The translations under genes were made by a program, and so were the position numbers. Shown here piece by piece: positions 39,514-50,200 of a stretch of 64,000 nucleotides of DNA. This stretch comes from Eukaryota sp. GEM-RC1 (taxonomy: Eukaryota): NCBI GenBank assembly GCA_040285855.1, contig JAUFOQ010000004.1, positions 2,108,001 to 2,172,000 on the forward strand, given 5' to 3'. Positions within the stretch are counted from its first letter, which is position 1. Every line of letters begins with the position of its first letter. The notes beneath the pieces were generated by a model, which made no database searches, was not told the origin of the DNA, and worked only from the letters and a program-made list of their open reading frames with translations.

Positions 39514-40562
39514 ATGCGCTTCCTCCAGTCCTTTTCCCCCAGAGCTACTCCAACAACTAACAAAACCACACGTCCAGCTACTGCGTGTTCGTGTTCTGAT
39601 GCATCTCGTCCTGCAGTAAAACCTCGTCCGGCAACCGCCTCTCTTTCTCGTCCTAAACATGGCTACAACACCATGAAAGATGCACAGCCTTTCGTCACTA
39701 CACCCAAAAAACTGAATCGCCTCGATGATGTTCTCTGCAAACAACTTCACCACTGTCTCCGCGCCTACCTCATTGAAAACTTTGAAGAATATCTCAACTC
39801 ATACGAAACAAACAAAGATAAGACCTACCTCTACACAACAAATGCACTAGATAAGATCGCCAGATACCGTTCCCTAGTCATCATCCTTCGAGATGTTGAA
39901 CGTATCAACCCTGAAAAGGATCTCGTCAACTCTTGTCTTTATGAGTTCAAAAACAGCTCAAAAGAGTAGTAACCGGTTCTCGAGATGCATATACAATCTC
40001 CGCCTCAGAAATGGAAAAGTTCTCCATAGATGAAGAGAAACACTCTATATGCGGCTTCATTGATCGTCTTACTGAATCAGATCTCTTCAACATTGAACCT
40101 CTTCCCTTCCGTAGAACTCTCTCTTCAAAAGAAGTTGACGTCATCAAGCTTAACCTCGGGGCTCAGTTCTCTATTCCACTTTTCACATCTGGTCTGCCGT
40201 CCTTAGAGTCTTCTCAGTGGTTTCCGATAACGGAATTCCGCCCAGAATACACAGAGGCCTTCAATATAGTGGATTTTGCAGCATATGTTGGGCTTGACAC
40301 TCTGCGTGCAATGTTTGAGATTCTAAATTTAGAACGTGTTTTAATGATTAGAGAATTTGGCAACTCAAATTATGAAGTAGATGTTGACGTTTACGATCCG
40401 TCGTATTCTGCCATTGATGGGGGCGAATCCTTCACAACTGATAGAGAATTTAGCTTTTGTATATATGTTTCCTCAGAAAGAACTATCACGTTTTCAGGAC
40501 GGGATTTACTACTACAGATACAAAGTGTATGGCGAGAGTGGATCCAATTTGCTTATAGATGA
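39514..40562 (+). CDS. ~350-aa hypothetical protein (ORFs 39514-39969 and 40011-40562 joined across A5 at 39949-39953)
   Basis: Adding one A gives an open frame FKKQLKRVVTGSRDAYTISASEMEK into the second ORF. Confidence 0.65.
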
Positions 40563-40651
40563 CTGTATCATAATACAGAATGTACAATAAATGTAAAAAA
40601 GACTAAAAACTAAAAATAGATTGGCAGATGGTTGACAAAACACGGCAGAAG

Positions 40652-41731
40652 TTAGTGAGATATTCTGGAGTAATTGGGTAGACCTAAACCTACAGCAGAC
40701 ACCAACACATGATCCTCATGTTGCACCACAGAAAAGTTAACACCAAACACTTCCTGTGTCATTTTTACGATCTGTAATCCTCTTCGAGAGACATGGCCTA
40801 AGCGGATACAACTTCGAGCAGCAGGGGCCATGAGCATTAGATAAAAAAGCCATGGTTGACAATGTGAATCAACCAATCCACCGTCTTTCACAAGCCCTCG
40901 TAGCTTCTTACATGTTTGGGCAGCGAGATCTTCAGGCACTTCCCCGGGGTTTAGGGATCCCCATGTAGACACAAGAGATCCTCGTTTGGATTCAGCAACT
41001 AAGAATATTGATGCTCCGGGAGATTTACCAGCTTCCACTCCTTTGACATGGTTTGTTGATATATATGTGTCAGGATATTTTACACCTAATACGTTTCTAG
41101 ATTCACTTATCAATCTACTGGGGACTGCTGGTGAAATTCTAGCAGCCGTAACTGTTCCACGGACTGACACTATCTTTCCTCTTGGTTTTTCCCATAAAAC
41201 ATTCCGTAGCGACCGTACTTGCTTAGATCTAACAATGACCTCACCACCTCCAGAAGGTGGAAACCCACGATTATTGACTGTAATTGAAGCATCTGTGATT
41301 CCAAATGCATGAAATATAGGGATTAGAGTTTGGGAAAAGTAATCCACGGGCGGACAATCATCGAAACCATCAGTAATTCCATGTAACACAACTTCAGTAG
41401 GTTGTTTAGCAAATGCAGATAATAGAAGGATTGTAGGGATGTAGTATCCTAAGCCACGGTAAAGTTTGGTATCAAAAGTGAAAGATCCACCAGCAATGAT
41501 TCCAGGCTTGACAAAGACTCGAGTACCAGTGATGTTGATGCGGACTGTGGTATTGTTGGTCAAGCGTTCAATAAGGCGTAAAAGCATGACTTCACCATCA
41601 GTAAGACCAGGAGAATCGTCATCTTCACGTATATGATCAATGGAAACAGGTCTATGAGATAAGACAGCAGCACAGATGCGTAGATCGAAGTATTTGTGTC
41701 CGGAGAACTTAAGAACAGAAGGGCGAGACAT
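40652..41731 (-). CDS. RCL1: RNA 3'-terminal phosphate cyclase-like protein (40S biogenesis)
   Basis: IDHIREDDDSPGLTDGEVMLLRLIERLTNNT...INITGT...KPGIIAGG, RGLGYY, RGFPPSGGGEV, GKSPG, PEDL, VDSHCQ. Confidence 0.93.
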   Translation of the reverse strand: MSRPSVLKFSGHKYFDLRICAAVLSHRPVSIDHIREDDDSPGLTDGEVMLLRLIERLTNNTTVRINITGTRVFVKPGIIAGGSFTFDTKLYRGLGYYIPTILLLSAFAKQPTEVVLHGITDGFDDCPPVDYFSQTLIPIFHAFGITDASITVNNRGFPPSGGGEVIVRSKQVRSLRNVLWEKPRGKIVSVRGTVTAARISPAVPSRLISESRNVLGVKYPDTYISTNHVKGVEAGKSPGASIFLVAESKRGSLVSTWGSLNPGEVPEDLAAQTCKKLRGLVKDGGLVDSHCQPWLFYLMLMAPAARSCIRLGHVSRRGLQIVKMTQEVFGVNFSVVQHEDHVLVSAVGLGLPNYSRISH

Positions 41732-42026
41732 CAGCTAATAGATTACTAATGTCAAACAATGGTGATTTGGTTAGATCACTGGAAGGAAGAATCTAGAATT
41801 ATCTCTTGAACATGAAGGATCTAGATGAAGCTCTCCTCCCAACTTCCACATGCAGTCTACCATTTTCTCTAACATGATCATCTACATGTACCATATAAAT
41901 TATGTTCTTTATAACACCATTGTTACAATAAATTTGAGCATCTGTATGAATTGTCTCACCAATGGCACCACCAAGACCAAAAAGACCAACAAACACACTG
42001 TTAAGAGTAAATTGTTTATGAGTTTC

Positions 42027-42162
42027 ATTTTAATTCAATTTTAGGTAAGTTGTTCGGTGAAGGACAGAAGGATCGCAGTGTAAATACTCTAGTTAGTGTC
42101 TGTCAGTTATTACTTTTTGCAAAAGCATGTATTTTACTGATTAATCATAAACACCGTTTTTT
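42027..42162 (+). mobile_element. 5'-truncated copy of CRE-like family A
   Basis: Aligns to 1368-1503; ends CATAAACACCG-T6. Confidence 0.85.
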
Positions 42163-42618
42163 GATCATATGTAAGTTGGGACGGATTATTAAAAGGAATA
42201 TTAAGAGAATGTTTAAGAATTACACTTAGATAGGATGTATACATTCTGACAACATCAATTATTTGAGCAGCAGATGTTGAAATTCTTGTTGAAGAAGTAT
42301 TGTAGGTCAAAATTTAAAATACAATGAACAAACATACATCAAGGACAAACTTGCTTTCTTCATCAGCAGGTATATGAATTGATTCCAAGCCACTTAAATA
42401 TACACAAACATGTTGAAGGGCGCTTGATGTGATAATTACGAATGGTATGTGACTTATAAGATCAAATGCAAACAATGGTATGCGCTTAGTAAATGACAGA
42501 AACAGTAGTCTTCCTCAGTTTTTAAAGTTAAACTGTGTAATTGATCTATGATAGTGTTCGTCATTGAACGGATTGATAACATCAGATTTGATTTCATTTG
42601 TTCTTTCTTGTTGAGAAT

Positions 42619-44451
42619 ATGAACAGTGAGCAGTTGAATGGATTTTCCTGTCTTCCACCCCCTGTGTCTGACGGCAGACACTCTACATCTACCCAGTATG
42701 TGTCTTCTTTCAAGAGCTGCTCCACTTCCACTCAGATTCCACTCTCTCAGGAAACCCCCAGTGTTGGAGATGATGGTTACCTATCCCTACCTCAAGTATC
42801 CGATTCACCATCCTCGGTTCTCTGCCCCTCCAAGACCTTGTCCATCCAGCAGTCTCTATTGAACTCCGTCAATCTTCACTACCTGAAACGCCAATTAAAG
42901 GCATCTTCTATGATGAATGAAGGTAATCGTGATCAACACCTCCTTAGTTTGCAGGAAGTAGTATCTTCAATTGTTCAAAAACTCGGTTACGTAAGTGAAC
43001 TTTTCTTCAAATCAACTTTTCAAGCAGTTCAAATATATTTTCAAACAACAACAATTCAGGTTGAACTTGACTATCTTCCTCAACTCTTTTCATTTGCTTC
43101 TCTCTTTGGAGCAGAAGTACAGTCTATTTTCTTACACGTAGACGGAAAGTTTAAAGTTGTAGAATTTCTCAAATATTCTAATGTCATTTCAGGATTGGAA
43201 ATTAATTTAGAGGCTCAAAAAGACCTTGACTTTCTTGAAAATTCTTTGAACTTCTTCCCATTTCTTAAAGATATTCATGTTTGTGTCAGTTCTTCAGTTG
43301 TTTTGCCGTTTATTGAATTGTTAAAAGTGAACAATTCAGTTACAAGTGTTAGCATGCGGAACAAATCTATTGGAGATGCAGGCGCCATAGCTTTATCAGA
43401 GGCTTTGAAAGTCAATGATACAGTTAAAATTGTTGATTTGTTTGGAAACTCTATTGGGGATGAAGGTGCCAAAGCCTTGGCAGAATGTGTATTAGTTAAT
43501 AACGCACTCACTAGTCTTGATTTAGAATTCAACGATGTGGGAGACGAAGGTGTCAGATCATTAGCAGATGCTTTAAAAGTCAATGTTGTGCTCACAAATT
43601 TGAATCTGTGCTGGAATTCCATTGGTTATGAAGGTGCCAGATCATTGGCGGAAGTTTTATTCTTTAATCAGACATTGACAAGTCTTGGTTTGGGCGGGAA
43701 CTCTATTGAAACTGAAGGAGCGAAAGCTTTTACAGAGGTCTTAAAAGTCAACACTACCGTTACGTCTGTTCATCTTGGTGGAAGTTCTATGGAAGCTGAA
43801 GGGGCGAAAGCTTTAGCAGAGGCGTTGAAAATCAACACTACCTTGAACAAAATTATTTTGAATGGAAACTCTATTGAGACTGAAGGTATTAGAGCTTTAG
43901 CACAGGCTTTAAGAGTCAACACTACTTTGAAAACAATTGTTTTGAATGGAAATTCTATCAACACTGAAGGCGCTAAAGCAATGGCAGAAACTCTAAAAGT
44001 GAATACTACTTTGACAAGTCTGGCCATGAGCCTCAACTCTATTGGAGATGCCGGCGCTAAAGCTTTAGCACAGGCTTTAGAAGTTAACACTTCTTTGACA
44101 CGACTTCTTTTGAATAGAAATTCTATTGGAGACCAAGGTACTAAAGCTTTAGCAGAGACATTAAAAGCGAATACCACAGTTACTAGTATTGATCTGAGTC
44201 TCAACTCTATTACAGCTGAAGGCGCTGGCGCTTTGGCAGAGATGTTAAAAGTCAACACTACTTTGAGAACTATATTTTTGAATCGAAATTCTATTGGAGA
44301 CGAATGTACTATAGTTTTAGCAGAGGCGTTGAAAGTCAACACGACTTTGACAGAAATTACCCTTGATGGTAATTCCATTGGAGACGAAGGCATCAAAGCA
44401 TTTGTAGATGTATTAACAGTCAATAGTACAATCAGAGTGTTAGATTTATAG
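42619..44451 (+). CDS. RI-like (NLRC3-type) leucine-rich repeat protein with ~13 tandem 28-aa repeats
   Basis: Intact ORF with repeated LxxNSIGDEGAKALAEALKVNTTLTS. Confidence 0.9.
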   Translation: MNSEQLNGFSCLPPPVSDGRHSTSTQYVSSFKSCSTSTQIPLSQETPSVGDDGYLSLPQVSDSPSSVLCPSKTLSIQQSLLNSVNLHYLKRQLKASSMMNEGNRDQHLLSLQEVVSSIVQKLGYVSELFFKSTFQAVQIYFQTTTIQVELDYLPQLFSFASLFGAEVQSIFLHVDGKFKVVEFLKYSNVISGLEINLEAQKDLDFLENSLNFFPFLKDIHVCVSSSVVLPFIELLKVNNSVTSVSMRNKSIGDAGAIALSEALKVNDTVKIVDLFGNSIGDEGAKALAECVLVNNALTSLDLEFNDVGDEGVRSLADALKVNVVLTNLNLCWNSIGYEGARSLAEVLFFNQTLTSLGLGGNSIETEGAKAFTEVLKVNTTVTSVHLGGSSMEAEGAKALAEALKINTTLNKIILNGNSIETEGIRALAQALRVNTTLKTIVLNGNSINTEGAKAMAETLKVNTTLTSLAMSLNSIGDAGAKALAQALEVNTSLTRLLLNRNSIGDQGTKALAETLKANTTVTSIDLSLNSITAEGAGALAEMLKVNTTLRTIFLNRNSIGDECTIVLAEALKVNTTLTEITLDGNSIGDEGIKAFVDVLTVNSTIRVLDL

Positions 44452-44989
44452 ATTTGTCAGTTTCAGTTTTTCATGTGATTTGAATCAACTTTAATTACAT
44501 ATAAACTGTTTTATACTAATTAGACTAATTGGTGTAGTACATGGACAGATACGTCTCCAACATCAAGAGGGAAGATGCAAACCTTGAAGAGTCTCAGTTT
44601 CAAAAGCACAACAAAAAAAAACAAAGCAGCAAAATGAACTTGATGAATTACTGACCAAGTCGATTGTAACACATATGATAAATATATTCATTTTGACGTT
44701 TCTTTGAACCTTTAAAACAACAGATTTAGAGAATAGTAACATTTTTTATAAAACAAGCACCATTCAATTGAATAAAAGTAAACACATGGCTTCAATGTAA
44801 CAGATTGGATCAACCTATTACATTGAAGCAAATACAATCCTCATTTCATTAAAGATTTTTGAACAGAATTCAGAGAGACTAGTTTAGGTGAAGTACATGT
44901 CTTCTGTTAAGAACATCAGCCCTAACAACTACCAAACTCTATCAGATCAGGTACTATTAATTTACCACATCTACATTCAAGATCATTAG

Positions 44990-45420
44990 GTAAATTGAGG
45001 GAAACAAGAAACATCGCAAGTTTTTGTTGAATTGTATTGTATTTACCATATTAAAAACAAGTCCTTTTATGATTTCAAGAGCTCTAGTAGCTCTCAATAT
45101 TTTTTAAGAAGAAAAAGCTGGTGTGAGTTTTAATGGCAATGAATGTTGCTTTAATGATATTGAGTTCAAGTTTTCGTATTTATCTTACTGGTTTTGTTCT
45201 ATAAATATTCTACATTAAAAACAAAAAAATTGATATCATTAAAACAACACTCGTTGCTATCAAATCTTACAACAGCTTTGTCCTCATAAAAGGAACTTAC
45301 AGAAAACGTTAATTGTTTTCCACAGCTACATTGAAGGTCGTTTGACAAATTGAATGGCCACAGAATAAACAACGAAGTCTCATCGTAGTGGTCCATTGAT
45401 GATCATTTAATAATAAACCA
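44990..45420. mobile_element. Two degenerate CRE-like 3' fragments in tail-to-tail orientation
   Basis: + strand CIVFTILK...EEKAGVSFNGNECCFNDIEF and - strand WPFNLSNDLQCSCGKQLT...EDKAVVRFDSNECCFNDINF both parallel the family B C-terminus. Confidence 0.6.
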
Positions 45421-46029
45421 TAAAGTTGTTGAATTTTTATTAATTAATGCCACAGCAGAACTCTAAATTAGGTGTATGTACTAGTACATGAAGTTAAAAA
45501 AACTAATTATGAATGCTTTTGATATACCCTCAATAAACTACGTGTAGCTTTAAAAAATTGCTTGTCGAAAAGTGATTTAACACAGATATTTTTAAAAATT
45601 TCATCATGCGTTCGTTTCTTTGTTGATGAATTTTCTGATTTAGCTGACAAATATCCTCCTATGTGCATGTACAACAACACACTGAAACAAGGCATATCCA
45701 CTGTTTTCAAAGATGTTTTAAATTTCCAAGGGAATTTAGACGTTGAAGATTCTGATTCTCAAAGCAGATACATTTCAATACTCAAACTAGCACCTTTCCT
45801 AGTTCCATTCTCCCTCCGTCTCAATGCTTTACTTGACTCCAATTGGAAAGAAGCAACGATCTAGAAGTACAATGTACCAAACTGACCAATTGCAGTTGTA
45901 TTTATAGGAGTCAGATCAAATTCTGAATTGCCTGCACACAAATAATTGCACCTCAATACATGCCCTTTACTTTAACAAACTGGGACCTTCTTCAAGATGG
46001 CGAAAGAATTTGAACAACTTCGTCAGGAT

Positions 46030-46987
46030 TAGACCTTGCAATCGGATCAACTTCGGATCGGATGATCCGATCGGATTTCTCAGATCGGAGCGATTTTCTT
46101 GGTTTTGTTCGGATTCGGATTCGGATCGGATTTATCCTACCAGATCCGAAATATCCGATCGGATTTCTAATGATTTTGATATTGTTGTGGACGCAAAATA
46201 CATCTGATTACTTAACTAATACTAATATAGATTCATTAGTTGGTCTCTTTGAGTCATTCTTTTTTACAAAAGTAATTCCTGTAATTAACTGTATATAAGA
46301 GTTTATTTGCAACAATAAATTAATACATACTAATTAACTGTATTGATCATAAACCCCGTTTCTTTACAAATATTACACGTTATTGAAAACGATTGATTTG
46401 AAAATATGACTGTTGAACATGACTCCTCTCTAAGTTAATTCGGAAACTGCATCTGTTTCAAATGTCTTACTATTCGGATGTAGAAGTCCTCTGGGATTCT
46501 GCTAATCTTCTTTGATTATTGTTCAATACAGGTATCGTCTGTACCATTGTGAAAGACTGTTTCCCCGTGATGGGTTACCTGTGTCCGAAAATAGAGCATC
46601 TTTCAAATGTGACACAATTCAAGTACAGTATTGGTTTTACTCAATTTATGAACAAAACTTGGATTTATGGCCGATGATGGACTTTTCCTTGATGATGACA
46701 ATGAATGTTACTTTTTGACTAATGAATCTTAATAGAATTTTGTTATCCTTCTTTTTTACAAACACCCAGTTCAAAGGACGTCATTTCTTTATGGAACTAA
46801 AATAGTAAGATAAGTGCAACACTGAAAACAGAATCTAAGAAAGGTATTAGATAAAAAGCTGAATCCGATCGGATCTTTCGGATCGGATTCGGATATTGAA
46901 CACCAGGATCCGGATCGGATTCAGATCTCGATCAGTCAGATTCGGATCGGATCGGATTTGAGATAAAAAATCCGATTCCAAGGTCTA
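46030..46987. mobile_element. Non-autonomous hAT-like element, 958 bp
   Basis: TIR TAGACCTTG(C/G)AATCGGAT. Perfect 8-bp TSD GTCAGGAT at 46022-46029 and 46988-46995. Dense subterminal TCGGA/TCCGA repeats. Confidence 0.92.
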
Positions 46988-47085
46988 GTCAGGATGCTAT
47001 CTGGAATGAGACTAAGGTCAACTACATCAAGTCCATAAAGCTTCATGCATCAGAAAACACATAGACACAAAGTTATAACTACATG

Positions 47086-47175
47086 TACAACATTTGTAAC
47101 TACAACATTTGGTGATACAACATTTGTAATGACAACATTTGGTGATACAAAATTTGCAACTACAACATTTGGTAG
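47086..47175 (+). repeat. Six tandem 15-nt units (three 30-nt dimers), consensus TACAACATTTG(T/G)(A/T)(A/G)N
   Basis: tacaacatttgtaac/tacaacatttggtga/tacaacatttgtaat/gacaacatttggtga/tacaaaatttgcaac/tacaacatttggtag. Confidence 0.9.
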
Positions 47176-47201
47176 CTCCAATACGAAAGACTCACCGCCG
47201 T

Positions 47202-50200
47202 ATGTCCACATTGGAATCATCGGAATTACCATCATCTGAATTACCGTCATTAACTGATCTACCACCATCTGAATTACCACCAAAATCACAGGCCTCCATT
47301 ATGTCGTATCCATCGCCAACTCAAAAAGAAATCCATAAAATGGAAGTAAATCTACACACTGAGCCTATCGAACAAGAAATACAAATTCAAGACTTTCTTA
47401 AATCCCCTCTACTTTGGAACAATCTGCCAACTTTTTGTTTAATTCATATTCAAAGTGATTTTGCCAAAAAGAAAGAATTAATGGCAGAAATGTTCAACTT
47501 GTTCAAGAAGATGATGATGACATTGAAACTGTTGAAGGTGAAGCTGAAGATCAATTAGAAGTTAAACGTGATTCTTCTGTTGATCCGATTGTATCAATTT
47601 CTATCCAGATCATTGATCACAATGAGCTAAGTGAAAAACACTTATTTTCATATGGCAATTATGACACTACAAATTTGGATTTATGTACCTTACATATTTC
47701 AAACAGTGAATCCAGAGTATGCTTAAAAACTTCATTTCCTTCATTACTCAACATTGTCCACGATTGTTTGTGAGTTATGACTTTCACTTAGATACATTTC
47801 CCTTTCTTGTATCACGTTGTCAAGTCCTCAAAATCAATACAACGTTTACTTTTCCAGAATTTAAACCCTATATTCCCTTTTGGTTCAACAAATGGTGTAA
47901 GGAAACAACTGTTGGTCCGTTTTTTAGTCTCGATTTGAATGCTGTACTGAAGAATTTTTATGTCTTTACTGGTGGCCGTTTTTTGGAAAATGTTGTTCAA
48001 ATTTTTCTTGAAATGAATAATTTTTCTAAAAATGAAACTGTCAAACGCTTGGAAGATCTTAATCATGACTCTGATCCTGATGAAGTTCAATTGGTCAATA
48101 ATGTCCACAACTTGCATGTCATAATTGACAGTATTAATGTTTTAGTTCCAGACAATCCCAAAGTGAAGGTCGATAAGATTGAAAAGAAATTTGTAAGATA
48201 TTTGGAGAAAGTAAATGAACTTTGGGCCAAGGAATCGACAAGACCGCTATTGTTGATCAACTCAATTCAACAATTACCTCTGATTGAGTACTTGTTGGCT
48301 GACCTATTGGATCCCAAAAAACAAACATTACGTTCAAAGTCACCAATGAAAGTGGCTAAGAAACGACTAGACAATGTTATCATGAAATCCAAGGTTAGAA
48401 TGATTGAATCTCGTGTTAAGAGAGCTCATCAAGTAAGAGTCCGTGGTTCTCTCTTTTGAAGCATTTTTTGTTCATAATTTTCACCATTCGGGTATTTTAG
48501 GTTACATTCAGAAGTTACTGCCTGCTACTGTTCCAAATGTAACTGTTAAGGAAGAATTGAATTCTGATACAGATGAGTCAACTGAAGAAGAAACACATGT
48601 ACATTCAGAGTCTATCGATGTTGCTACTCCTCCTATTAAATTAGAAAATATTGAAGATGCGAGTGATGAACCTGAACCTGACCTTTGGACTAGAATTCAA
48701 ACTACCAAAATTGAATTGCCAGACTGGAAGAATTTTTTTACGTTGAAATCAATGGAACAAGTGTTGTCTATGATGACGATTAGGGACTACAAACTTGTAA
48801 ACAATCAGAATCATATTAGGACTGTACAAGAATCGTTAACAAACATAATTTCTAACACAAATGATGGCTCAACTCAAAATCAGTTTGCTCAACACTTCTT
48901 GATGCATTACATTCCTCGTTTAGAACTAGCTGCTCGATCTGTTGGACTTGATAGGATAGTGTTTCCCAGTAGTCATCGTTTATCTCGTATATTGCATTAC
49001 ATGACTACTGAAATTATAACGAATTACAAGACTAACATGAGTGAACACTTTCACGAATATGTTTTTCAAGTATTTAATTTGGTTACCCTGAAAAAGATAG
49101 ACTTAACAAGCTTACTGATAAGAATCAACGACAAGAGTTGTGTACAAAGCTTAATGAAGTCAGACAGTTGATCATTAATGGGGAAATTTCAAAAATTAAT
49201 TTTCAAGATGTTGAAGTGTTTCCTGATCCCAATTCTATACTGAGTTTACTATTTTTTAACTATTTGTTTACTTTTTTTGAAGGTAAAATGGAAAAAACAA
49301 TCTATTATGCTGAAAAAATAGATCCTTTGAAATTCTTAAGTCATGCAGTGTATTTGAAACGTCTTGTTGAAGACTCTTGTACTGGTGTTACTGCCAATAA
49401 TCCTTTTCCTCTGACCAAATCACTGATTCCTAATCATATCAGATTGGACACTACATGGTTTAAAGAAGTTTATGCATCAGAAATTAAAGGAAGCTATGAT
49501 GACGTTCGAAAAGATATTTGGCACTCAGTTTTGAAACCAAAGGGTCTTCCAAAGTCATTGTCTCATGACTTCAAATACAGTTCTATTTCTACAGATGGAG
49601 TTAGCTGTAGTTTAATAATGATGCGGAAAGATCTGCTTGATGGGAGAGGAAATCCTCATAAGAAGGTGAAAGCAGTTAACTACACAGCTACTGAAAGGTA
49701 CATTGATTCTTTGAGTTCCACAGAAATTCAAAACTTAAATTTGAAATCCAAAAGAATTGTTGCTATTGACCCTAATCAGCATGATTTGATGTACTGTGCT
49801 TCTTTAAAATCTAAGGAGGAAAAGGAAATCGAAGGTTTCGATACGTCAGCCAATCTCAGAAGAAGAAAGATATCTCCAAAATCATCAAAGAAAAAAGGAA
49901 GCTTGAAAAAATTAAAAAAGGAATTGAAGGATTGGAAAGACGCACCAACTATTGACAAACCATTAACTGTCATGTTGAAAAATCGTGATGATTGGAAAGT
50001 ATTCAGATACACTGCTGGGGAACGCAATGCCGATATTAATAAGTCTCCATGGAAAAGAAAAAAACAAAGAAGGAAAGAAAAAGAGCTAAGAGAAAGAAGA
50101 GGAAGCTGGAGAAAATAATAAGACGATACAATCTCTACCGTTTATCTGAATCCGAACGGTTACAACAATATTCTACCCAATTTATTCACAGTCCAGATGA

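Noticed and set aside
43275..44423. Minus-strand ORFs 43275-43622 and 43770-44423
   Set aside because: Antisense shadows of the LRR repeats.
45562..45990. In-frame TAA/TAG as evidence of stop-codon reassignment
   Set aside because: Conserved genes terminate at TAA and TAG and contain no internal ones; TGA also interrupts this frame.
46010..46298. ORFs 46010-46207 and 46062-46298
   Set aside because: Translations of MITE subterminal TCGGA repeats.
47086..47175. Repeat array next to a Cas12-like nuclease as a CRISPR array
   Set aside because: Units are contiguous 15-mers with no unique spacers; a simple tandem repeat with a length divisible by 3.
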